Shown here: one piece after another, positions 53,161-64,000 of the stretch
Layout: every line of letters begins with the position of its first letter
How positions within the stretch are numbered: position 1 is the first letter of the stretch
NCBI GenBank assembly: GCA_010909165.1
Contig: MU008169.1
Span: 1,116,001 to 1,180,000, forward strand
Direction of reading: 5' to 3'
Length of the DNA stretch: 64,000 bases
Source of the DNA: Anthoceros angustus
Lineage: Eukaryota; Plantae; Anthocerotophyta
Position numbers and translations under genes: made by a program
Notes under the pieces: generated by a model
Database searches by the model: none
Seen by the model: only the letters and a program-made list of their open reading frames with translations
What the model was told of the DNA's origin: nothing

Positions 53161-53168
53161 TATTTATA
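53161..53168 (-). promoter_or_regulatory. Putative TATA box (TATAAATA) of the ParB-MTase gene in the divergent intergenic region
   Basis: tatttata on + strand, with aaaccctaaa downstream on - strand; position between the two divergent genes. Confidence 0.35.
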
Positions 53169-53656
53169 GCCCAAAAACATGCCTGTATTAACTTATGCCA
53201 GCATATATCCATATACCCAGATATAAACCACCAGATATGAACCATAACCCTATTGACTTGGGTGACGGCTGGCCGGGGCACACTCAATGTGGACAATAAA
53301 AGCGGAGGACGGCGCGATATACCGTTAGATATCTGTATCCGGAACTCCATCATGTTGTCGTTATTACGGAGGAACATAATATCCTACCCATCTATGCGAC
53401 GCCTATCCATAAAGACAATGGCCATCTTCACCATTTTCCTCACGGAGGTCTCTTCCAAGACCGCCGTATGGTTTCAAACGACGCGGCGAGTGTGGTTTCA
53501 ATCGACGCTCTTCTACAAGTTGTCGCATACCATGTTGCGCTCACCCACACCACCTAGCGAAGAGGTTTGAGTTCGGCCCTTTTGGAAGGATTACTTGGTT
53601 TTCACCCCCTATCTTGTTTTCGGATTCTGAGTTCAGTTAGTGCATCCGGTTGCAGG

Positions 53657-56600
53657 ATGAACAATGGGAAGAAGGTTTCTCTTCACAATGTCAGCGTGTT
53701 TCCCGTAAAGATGGAGAAGTGAGTAGACCTGTTGAACAGGCCACCACGTCACCTGAACCTGGGCATCCCCGTCGAGTGCGTTTTGCCATTCCCGAAAGAC
53801 GTGTTGATAATGAAGGTAGACGATGATTTTTTCCATATGGGAACTGTGGACGCTAGTGCTGTATCTGCTCGTTGTGGGATTTTGATTCATTCTTCCGATA
53901 TTGTTGTTCAGACGCGCCAAGACGCCGTGGGATTCCGTCATGGTCGCGGTGTTCCTCCAACACCTAGGAATTTGCATCGGTATCTTTGCGTTGGAGGAAG
54001 CCCATCCAACCGACGCGTTCAAGCTTCCCGAATGGCGTGGCGTTCTCCCAGCAGATACATCGGTTTCGCCGTGGTTTGTTCTCCTGAGGCGTTGATTCGT
54101 CCGCTCACCGGTTGAGGAAGGTCCCATTGGCGAAGATTCGAGCGTGTTTGATCGATGCATGTCGTTCCTTCCATCCCAAGCCTTTGAGTGAGTCTCAAGG
54201 CTCCAACAAGGGCGATTGTTATATCACGCAAGAAGAGAGTGGAGTGTCGTTCGGCGAAGGGGATACAATGACGATTTCAAGAAGCCTTGTTGCATAAAAT
54301 GTGTTTCTGCGGTTGGGGAAAGCGCGATTTCAAGAACAACGCTTTCTTCGCATGGGGAGGCGAACAGAGACATATGCAGCTCTTGTTCATCACGGATCCC
54401 GAGGTGATAGGGCGGTGACACATGTCATGGGGCGACTCCTGCGCGCTTGAAGGCTTTTAGAGAGTACATTGTCTTGGCCACGGAGGTATGAGGAGCTAAA
54501 GAGCGAGTCATTCGGGAATCACCTTGGGATGGATTTGAACCAAACCCGAAACGATCGGCTGCGATGGATGCCCTTTCGTGGATGGACAACGCTTTCACGT
54601 TTATGGCCGGCGCCAAACTTGGATGTTTTAATCGCCCGACACGTATACAAAGTTGGAAATATGGACCTTGTACAAGCGTCGGTCACGAAAACTCTAACAC
54701 TCGCTCGTCAAGTACCCATGGTTCTTGAAACTGTGGAGAAGCAACTTGATAAAATCCCAAGTCCAACAGTTTTCAACATGCTCGCTGCGGTCGAAGAGCA
54801 CTATCAGAACACAATGCACAAGGAAGATCAAGGTAATTTGCACCAATGTGTCCTCCATGAGGTTGTTCACCACCTTGCGGTTGCTTGACTACCCGATGGA
54901 GCGGATGTGCTCTTCCAATACCACTGTTCTCATATGAGATGCATGTGCATGCATGTTCTACAATCTTTGTGTTTGGTTTCCAAGCGGAAGGCGCGCAATG
55001 CACCGGTGCGGCGCGGTATTTAGTGGTTTCCACGACCACGCGGAAAACGCTTGCTCCCTCTCCCCAAGCGAAGCAAAGATTTGGAGGCGTCGGCGCAAAT
55101 AAGCATTCTGCATGTGAGGAAATTTCCTTGTTAAGGTCGGATCTACATTCATTTGGAGGGCCTAACGGATGCTTTGAGGATTTTGATATATTTCGACTAG
55201 GACATTTGTTTGTGGCACGAGAAATTTCAGGCTTTGGAAGCACAGCGTGCGCCTCCACCGAGCGGAGAAAATGTCCAAACAGGGGCAAGAGCTATGTGGA
55301 GCCACATAAGTATATGCTACTATCCATAGATGGAATGGAGAAAAAGGCGATTCCTCATCTTCTCCGGTGGTAGAAAAACCTCGTGAGGAGTGTAAATATT
55401 CGATCCACGTGGTTGGGTGTATGATTCACAACTACACGCACAAAGCGAGCCTATTTGCATTATGCGAATTCTGAGCGCAAATCGGCGATCACCATCATTC
55501 GGGCGTTATACATAATTACGAGGGGTGTCCCAAGAGTTTTGTATCTGGACAACACATGCGGAGAACAAGAACCAGCTTTTGCATATCCGAACATGCTTGT
55601 TGATATGGGTACTTTTGAAAAAGTGAAAGTGGGATTCCTTTTGGTCGGGCATACGCATGATCAAATCGACGGATGTTTTCTTGCTTCTCCAAAAGCTTGA
55701 GACATAAAGAGGCTCACACCGCATTGTCGAGATCTTGATGCATGCGTACACTCGTCACCGAGGTAAAGATATTGGTAGTGGCGGACTTTCGGTCATATGT
55801 GGCCTATTAGACAAGGCCGAGAGAGGCCTCACTTATGGGCGGTAGAAGAGATTGAACAACTTATCGTTCCGGCCGTTTAAAATAACCCGTGAAGAGAAAG
55901 CGGGTTCGTGGATTATCGAGCAAGCGGATTCCACCTCGCCACAATGGGAAAGCGGAAGGGGTTTGAGTTTTAATTTGTCCTTCCGACACTATTCGCCTCA
56001 CACCGCTGCGGTCAAGGGATAAAAGGAACACAGTGACATTATCACCAGCTGCAGCGTTGCCCATCTTAAGGATGGTCTTTGAACTTAGGCCTTATGTGAC
56101 ATCACAGGAGTTTTTATGGTGGGAAGCTTTACGGTTGGACCAAGAGGAGATTGTCATTGTGCAAAACAACATTGGCCTTGTGCTACAAATCCTTGGAAAT
56201 GGTACTCAAGATCGGAAGTGGATGCTGCAACACCTCTCCATGTTCCGGATGTGGCGTCTTTGGAGGAGGCATTGCTAAGGGACCTCCACAACGAGATATG
56301 TATTTGGGAGCATACCAAACACGGGAGGCAACAGAAATGGAACGGTGGAATGGTGTGATCAAAAATAAAGAGGATGTTTGTTGCGTTCCAGCGGACACGA
56401 ACACGCATGTAGACCCTTTTGGATTGGCAAGGCTCATTTCAATTGCATTACATCCTCACTTCCTTGTTCATTGATGCAGGCGAACACACGGATGCTGAAG
56501 GAAGGTCGTAGAAGAATATTTAATCGGAGGATGCCCACGACTGCGAGCAATGCAGGAAAAGGAGCGAAATCCATCCATCAAAAATATCCAAAAGGTTTTT

Positions 56601-56800
56601 GTTCACGAACTCATCCTCTATTATGGGTTCACATTGACTACGCGGAGACACTTGTTGTAGATAAGAAGGCAATCAAAGAGAAGTTCATTGCGTTGCGAGG
56701 CTTCATTCAACCAGTGAAAGTCCCACCGAGGATAGTGAAGATGATGGTCATGATGCCGGACCCAGATGATGGAGTGGCGTGGAGAAGAGTAGAAAGCCCT
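53657..56800 (+). pseudogene. Sola-like / DUF7869-type DDD transposase (frameshifted)
   Basis: KPCCIKC (~54285); LLSIDGMEKK..PH (55316-55360); VPRVLYLDNTC (55527-55560); KVKVGFLLVGHTHDQID (55620-55670); C-terminal PFWIGK. Confidence 0.78.
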
Positions 56801-56881
56801 CAGATGTTATGTCATCTTGCATGGGATCTTGGGAGGCTATCGTGCTGAGTGTTGCTCCACATATGTCTCAAAAGAGTGTAG

Positions 56882-59800
56882 GCCCATGATAGAATATTGG
56901 TTGTGCGTTTCTCAGATACCTCAGAGACTTCACATGCTATAGAATTTTCGATGTGCAAGCCATTTCCTGTACAAGCGGGACATGGAGGAAGTATGGCCGT
57001 AGTTAAGGCTTGGCATTCGGCATATTTGCAACACATGTGTGTAGGCATGTTTGTGTGTGCGATATGGCGGGAACATCGGCCCACGCGTTTTCCGTATGCC
57101 GATTGTAGTCTTTGGGTTTTAACAATGTGATTATATTCTTGGGCTCAATTTATGGTGTGCGGAAGCCACCCACTCACCCCACATATAGTCTTTGTGTACA
57201 CACAGCAAAGGCCTGCTACTACCCGCCTTTCCCAATAGGTCGAACAGCGCGAATAGGGCGCGGCGGCCGGCCCCTACTCAAACATCCTTGGTCCCGGCCA
57301 TCGGGTTCGCGGCTCATCCACCGTGATCACCGTCCTTTTATGAATGTTAAGGGTGTTTTGGCTAGGAAGACCAAGGCGTGTGCGAGAATGGTCCTTCACA
57401 TGGGTCTTATATGCACCCAAAATAGGGTTACCTCTTGCACCTTAACCCTTGGCAAGAATGAACCTCATGTCAATGCTTCACACGAAAGTTCACCCTTCTT
57501 TTACGCCTATATTCATTCATACCTCTATAACCACGAGTTGCGGACCCATGTCAAACCCCTTGAGGATATTTCCTGAAACCCCTTCGTGAATATTCACCCC
57601 TTCACAAGATATCGTGTTGTGGACCAAAGCGAGACTTGTGATTTTGGAATTCATCCAAAGCCTTTCATGACTTCACCAATATTTGTGAAGCTGTACCATG
57701 ACTCTGATCTCATCACGGTTGGCTCCCTCCCAAACTTTCCTCTGAACCTATCAGAAAACCACGCTGCCCCCATGGCCAAAGCATGTGTAGGTATTGCTAC
57801 CTGTATCCTTCACCCTCTTCATGGCACCCTCCTCCCTAGCACAAAATAGAAAGTTCAACTGCTTTGATCATGCGGCACCTCGGTCCCCTATGTCTGCCCT
57901 AGGATTGAGAAACACAGCACAGCAAAACTCCAGCTCACATGCAAAGCTTGCAGCACACGGCCTCGCTCACTCGCGATGCCAGATTGAAAATCAAAGCAAA
58001 TGCAGCAAGAGCAAAACCCTGCTGTTCGAAACTTTCAAACGCAATCAGTCCCTGGATAGGGCTCCAAATTGGACACACAGTATACCATTAGACTCGCCTC
58101 ATCAAGGCGAGCAGTTTATATAAGAATCAACGGCAACCGACCTGTAACGCGGGCGCTATGACCCCTGGAAGGTTGGAAACCCCAAACTTGTTGGATCAGC
58201 GTTGCTGTGGCTGCAACGCTGCTAGTGAGGCGGGGAGGTGGTGCCTTGCTGTGGGTGCGTAGCCACCTGCTCTAAGCCCAGACGCACTCAGATCTCGCAG
58301 TTAGTCGTCGAAGTGACATGAAATCTGCTCACGTGCAGGTTTCTAGGAGTCGTGGGAACGACTTTGTTGATGGGCTGCCTGCACCAGGCAGCTTGGAGTC
58401 AGGTAAGTCGCACCTGGCACTGCAGCGGGACACAGAAACATCAATCCTTGCAACCCTTGAGCCCAAATCTGGCTGGAACAAGCACTTGAGTTTCTAAGAT
58501 AGCTGCAGGCACTCTCCTTGGCGCGACTTCGACGACTAGCTGCCTCCATCTCCATCTCCAGGGTTTAGGCCCATGATAGAATATTGGTTGTGCTGCTTTC
58601 TGTCTGTAGACTTCACATGCTATAGAATTTTCGATGTGCAAGCCATTTCCCTGTATAAGCGGAGGACATGGAGGAAGTATGGCGTAGTTAAGGCTTGGCA
58701 TTCGGCATATTGGCAGAACGTGTAGCCACGGCATGTTTGTGTGGAGCATCGTGGAACTACCACGTTTCCTGATGCCGATTGTAGTCTTTGGGTTTTAACA
58801 ATGTGATTATATTCTTGGCTCAATTTATGGTGTGCGGAAGCCACCCACTCACCCACATATAGTCTTTGTGTACACACAATGAGCAAAGGCCTGCTACTAC
58901 CCGCCTTCCCAATAGGTCAGCACGCGTAAGCGCCGGCGCCCTACTCAAACATCCTTCGCCGCCATCGGGGTTCATCATCCATCCACGATCACGTCCTTTT
59001 ATGAATGTTAAGGGTGTTTTGGCCAAAGAAGGGTGCGTGAATGGTCCTTCACATGGGTCTTATATGCACCCAAAATAGGGTTACCTCTTGCACCTTAACC
59101 CTTCACCGCAAGAAATGAACCTCATGTCAATGCTTCACACGAAAGTTCACCCTTCTTTTCCGCCTATATTCATTCATACCTTATAACCACGGAGTTCAAT
59201 GACCCATGTCAAACCCCTTCGTGGATATTTCCGTGAAACCCCTTCGAATATTCACCCCCTTCTACAAGATATCGTATTTGTGGACCCAAAGTGACTTGTG
59301 ATTTTGGAATTCATCCAAAACGCGCAGCCTTCACCTGCCAGCCAATTTCGGAACCTACCAATAAATTGATCTCATCCACGGTTGGCTCCCTCCAAACTTT
59401 CCTCTGAACCTATCTAGAAAACCACACTGCCCCCATGGCCAAAGCATGTGTAGGTATTGCTACCCGTATCCTTCACCCTCTTCATGGCACCCTCCTCCTA
59501 GCACAAAATAGAAAGTTCAACTGCTTTGATCATGCGCAGCACCTCGGTCCCCTATGTCTGCCCTAGGATTGAGAAACACAGCACAGCAAAACTCCAGCTC
59601 ACATGCAAAGCTTGTAGCACACGGCCTCGCTCACTCGCGATGCCAGATTGAAAATCAAAGCAAATGCAGCAAGAGCAAAACCCTGCTGTTCGAAACTTTC
59701 AAACGCAATCAGTCCCTGGATAGGGCTCCAAATTGGACACACAGTATACCATTAGACTCGCCTCATCAAGGCGAGCAGTTTGGTATAAGAATCAACGGCA

Positions 59801-60234
59801 ACCGACCTGTAACGCGGGCGCTATGACCCCTGGAAGGTTGGAAACCCCAAACTTGTTGGATCAGCGTTGCTGTGGCTGCAACGCTGCTGCGGCTAGTGAG
59901 GCGGGGAGGTGGTGCCTTGCTGTGGGTGCGTAGCCACCTGCTCTAAGCCCAGACGCACTCAGATCTCGCAGTTAGTCGTCGAAGTGACATGAAATCTGCT
60001 CACGTGCAGGTTTCTAGGAGTCGTGGGAACGACTTTGTTGATGGGCTGCCTGCACAGGCTTGGAGTCAAGTCGCACCTGGCACTGCAGGGACACAGAAAC
60101 ATCAATCCTTGCAACCCTTGAGCCCAAATCTGGCTGGAACAACGAAAGCACTTGAGTTTCTAAGATAGCTGCAGGCACTCTCCTTGGCGCGACTTCGACG
60201 ACTAGCTGCCTCCATCTCCATCTCCAGGGTTTAG
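56882..60234. repeat. ~1.68 kb tandem duplication spanning the right Sola-like TIR
   Basis: gcccatgatagaatattggttgtg at 56882 and 58569; both units end ctccagggtttag; tag microhomology at the junction. Confidence 0.9.
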
Positions 60235-61233
60235 CGTGGCGGCCATGGCGTCAGCGCGGTGCGGGCTTGCCTCTCTGAGTCATGATACGAGACGAAGGGT
60301 TTTCCATACACTTGTCAGCGTCTCCCTTGACCGCGGTGTGAAACGCCGGCGGAAATGACTCATAGTCAGGACTTCCGCCATTAGGTTGAGCAGGAATTTC
60401 GCAGCACTCGCCAGCGTGTTTTTGCATGATGTTTTTGCTCTGGTGGGAATGGAGCTCAAACCCTGGATATGGCTTGGTGAATTAGCACATTATCATTGCA
60501 TTTATAGCCTTCTTCTTCCTTGGATATCGGTGATAATAGGACTTTACCCGAACCCTAGACCTCAAGCTAGCATATTCCATGCGAATCCGAAGCCCAAGGT
60601 TACTTTAACCAAACCCTAACCCTCATCGACATATTCAACTCGATTTTGAAGGCCAAGGTTAATTTGACCCAAACCCTAATCCTCGCCACACTTCTCCTCG
60701 GCCATATGTGGGAATAGTGCAGAAAATTTTAAAGGTTGACTTTGGGTTGTCATCATGACTAATTTTTAAAGGTTAAGTGGTTCAAACTAGTTTATGAGGA
60801 TGCAAATGATCACGGCAAGGGATTGAAGAAGGACAATTGGAATGCACATAGTGAACCCTAGATCTTGTTATCCTTCTACGAGTTCAAGATGATCCCTTTA
60901 CCCTTGTGTCACCCAAACTAATTCAAACTTTTTGTATGACAATAAAGTGGTTGTCGGGACCAACCTTGCGTGGCGTTGTCTTGTCTTTGAAGAAAATATG
61001 GATGCATAGGGATGTGGATGCATATGGAGGATTTTTCAGCATGTCCCGCTTGTTCTCGTTTAGGGTCGGCCTAGCCCAAGCCGTGGCGATGTACACCCGG
61101 TTACCTCTACTTTTTTCTTTTAGGGTAAAAAGATGTGGGTTATCATCAAAACCCATTCTAAATTAGTGCTGTTGTAAACGACCGGTGTCTAGTCGTATAG
61201 GGTCTTGTTGAAAACCCTTGTGGAGTGTAACCT

Positions 61234-63143
61234 TGTGTCTAGGGGCACCATGAGGTCCACATTCACCCTCAATGTCGTTGTAGGCTTAGGATTCGCTCCC
61301 AAGGGAATGGTTTGTGCCAAGAGACGCTAACTTCTATCACTACTGACCTTTGTCTAAATCGTGACTCACCTATTGTCACTCCTCTTACCTATCTACTCAA
61401 CTGCTACTACCTCCCCGACTTGTCCAACTACCACCGATCTTATTCCCACAATCTTATTCCACAAATCTTATTCCACGAAATCTTATTCCACGACGTGGCT
61501 CTCACCACTAGGTAGTTGTTGACACCGGGGTGGGTCCCACGCCAAACCCTAGCGACTTATTTCGGCGCGGCGCCGCGGATCCACCGCAGGCGGCTACCGC
61601 GTACAGATCGGACTTTATTCACTCCACACTTCATGCACACACACCGATTCCTAGGGACCAAAGTTCCACAAATCCTCTCAACACACACACACAAAGGCGC
61701 CACACTCACACAATTCCACAAGGAACTGTTTCCTCTTGTGCACACTTCCACCAAACCGGTTTGGATTCTCTTGGATCCACACAAATCTCCTTTAGTCTCT
61801 CAATTAGTTCTCCTTCTCAACTCCTCTTACACCTCGCGCCAGCGTCTGTTCATCACTCCTTCACCCAATCTTCTCTCTCTCTCTCTCTCGCCTCAATTCC
61901 ACCCACACACACACACTCTCTCAATTTGAACACAACTAAGGAACAAGGGTGAAGGAAAGAAGAACCCGGGGTCACGGCCAGGCGTTACGAGCAAGCTCCG
62001 GACCCGCGCCAATCCTTGGTTTCCTCCTCCTTTGTCGGCGATTGCTCTATCACCCCTCCTCCCCGGTTGCGGACAAGCTCGACCACCCCTAGGGCGTCTC
62101 GCGCACACCACCTCTGTCAATCGGACGTCTCCAACCAGCCACAGCGGTGGGGATCTCAACCAGGAGTTATCGATGTGAGGCTGTGGCCCCTTTATACAAT
62201 TCTTTGGGCGTCATAGCCACGGACTTTCCAGTCCTAAAAGCAATTTGAGAGCGAGCGCCCTACAATTTCTTAGGTCCGGATGGCATCCTATCAAAGTTCT
62301 ATTCCTAGGATGCCACTACTCCCTGCCCATGTTATCTCACTCCCCTCCGATTTGGTCGCTTTGGCCCTTAGTCCTTCTTTGAATTTATGGGTCCTCCTTC
62401 CTCGTTCTTTGATGCAGAAAATCCTCCCATAAACTCTCCTTTGTTTTCCATGATCCCAAGTCCCGGCTCCCTCACCAATCCTCCACCTCGGACCCTCAAT
62501 GGTCCATATTTGGCCATTAGGCGGTCATTCAGCTGCAACCATGCTCTGCAAAACCCTCACGCCCACAGCGCCTCGGTGCTGATGCGTAACTCGGAATCTC
62601 CCAAGGTCCCCGGGGTTTCTTCCTTCCGGAATCGCGAGCTCCGCCGCCACGGGCACGCCCTTCTGACCTCGTGCAGCTCGTGCCACCGGGGGAGTGCAGA
62701 GCTACCCAGCCGGCGCCGTGCCTTTCAGTTCCCTTAGGGTTATATTTCCCGAAATCTCTCCGGCTTCCGCTACCACTTCTTCTTCATGTGCTCCTTCCTT
62801 CGACCGCCCGTCAGTTCGCCCGTCTTGAAACATAGTCCCACTTTTGATCGACCACACAGTTCAACTACCGCCCGATTGGTTCGACCTCTAGCCTACGGAC
62901 CTCTGCCAAATATGGGGACCCCCTCCCCCCATATATAGACTTTCTATTAGATATTCCGAGACCAAAGGCCAAGGAATATCGAGTTCATAGTCTAAGGACC
63001 GATTATTATTCAACCCAGGAAACAACCCAAAAACTCATAGGTCAAGGACACTTTCTAGTATAAATATCCCTTCCTACTCACAACCTAGCTCGTTTTGACA
63101 CCAAACTTAGCAGAAAAAAAACAAAAAATCACTCAAAGACACA
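61234..63143. mobile_element. Module X relative: ~1.9 kb solo-LTR-like unit
   Basis: Perfect 7-bp inverted termini TGTGTCT...AGACACA; inverted homology to both ends of 5724-11068. Confidence 0.6.
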
Positions 63144-64000
63144 ATCCAATAGGGAGTTTCGAAATCCAGATCGTTTACAACCCTACAGGTGTGTAGTAAA
63201 CTATGGGATGTTGTAAAATACCATTGGCATGTTGTAAAAGAACCCGTTGTAATGGAGAAAGTCATATAGTAAATTGATGGCCCGTAGTAAACAAACATGC
63301 CATCGATGCATCCATAGCTCATTGTTTCAAGTGCCAAGTAGTATCCATTTTGTTTTGCCACGTCATTCTTTTGGCAAAACAAGCCACAGTAAAGTTGGAA
63401 TGAGGTTTAGTAAATTGAGGCTATACTTGAAAATAATACATGGACTTGGCTTGGTGCCTTCAATTGGCGTAGTAAAATGGGCGTGTGGTAAAATGCACCC
63501 CTTTGTGGCGCAATTAGTAAAGTATACTTTTCCTAGTAGTGGCGGGGGATGAAACATGGTGCTCTTGCATGGGAGAGTACTTGCAGTCTTCTGGTTCGCA
63601 TCCTTCACCGCCCTGGCAGGTTGATGATGACCATATGATAGAGTCTCGTGGGATCGTCACGCATGATGTATCCACCACGGTATAAAAAGGTCCCATCCGC
63701 CATTCGCAATGTATATAGAGCCCTCATGCGGAAAAATCCGCTCTCATAGTTATCGAAAACATAGCATTAAGCGGCGTCATGCGTATGTCGTTTTGGGACA
63801 AGCATATCTGGACTTAGTTTGATGGTAGCTCCATCCGGAAAGAGAAGAGGCCGGATGAGCCAGGCCAGGCGGACCCTCATTGCATCGAAAGGGCTAGTGC
63901 GATTGAGCGCAATGCAATGGGGCAAAATCCGGGGCTGCCTTCCCCAAAGCGGTGTAGGCGGGCGGCCGACGTGGGAATGGAGGAGTGCATGGAGGGCCCC

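Larger units (their letters stand above)
48714..57618. mobile_element. Sola-like DNA transposon, copy 2, carrying a ParB-DNA methyltransferase gene
   Basis: 29-bp TIR with 1 mismatch (AACACGATATCTTGTGAAGGGGT[T/G]AATAT at 48714-48742 and 57590-57618); identical 4-bp flanks GTGG (48710-48713, 57619-57622); aaccccttc subterminal motifs; internal DDD transposase. Confidence 0.8.
47572..63541. mobile_element. CACTA (En/Spm)-ended element, ~16 kb with nested insertions
   Basis: 14-bp TIR CACTACTAGGAAAA (47572-47585) / TTTTCCTAGTAGTG (63528-63541); subterminal tttac(a/t)ac / gt(a/t)gtaaa arrays at 47590-48100 and 63170-63525. The 3-bp flanks (tga / gcg) do not match. Confidence 0.7.

Noticed and set aside
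48714-57618. Bacterial or phage contamination as the source of the ParB-MTase
   Set aside because: The gene is inside a TIR/TSD-bounded eukaryotic-type transposon nested in a CACTA element, with splice and TATA signals and no operon-like context.
57586-57849. Shared peptide (N/H)PFTRYRV at 48.7 kb (-) and 57.6 kb (+) read as a paralogous protein domain
   Set aside because: It is just the translation of the 29-bp TIR.
57850-60300. Captured host gene (Pack-CACTA) fragment
   Set aside because: No recognisable protein; it could equally be the 5' exons and introns of the CACTA accessory gene.

Overview
Eukaryotic nuclear DNA from a non-seed land plant. GT-AG introns, PLS-type PPR remnants and an ALDH21 homologue point to a bryophyte or lycophyte (inference). 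A small host-gene island (~26-38 kb) holds an alpha/beta-hydrolase, two AT-rich orphan paralogues, CREG, organellar ribosomal protein L19 and an ALDH21 pseudogene. It is surrounded by nested mobile DNA: a chromovirus Ty3/gypsy element, Ty1/copia remnants, MITEs, long TG..CA LTR-like units and a ~16 kb CACTA-ended element. The main observation is an 8.9 kb Sola-like DNA transposon (48714-57618; 29-bp TIRs, 4-bp GTGG TSD) inserted in the CACTA element. It carries, divergently from its DDD transposase, a gene for a ParB/Srx-like domain fused to a bacterial/phage-type beta-class amino-DNA methyltransferase (N6_N4_Mtase-like). A second, diverged element with the same ParB-gene/transposase layout occupies the first ~14 kb and runs off the left edge. 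Repetitive regions are full of small indels and kb-scale tandem duplications that look like unpolished long-read assembly error. All proteins there were reconstructed by eye across frameshifts, so their coordinates are approximate.
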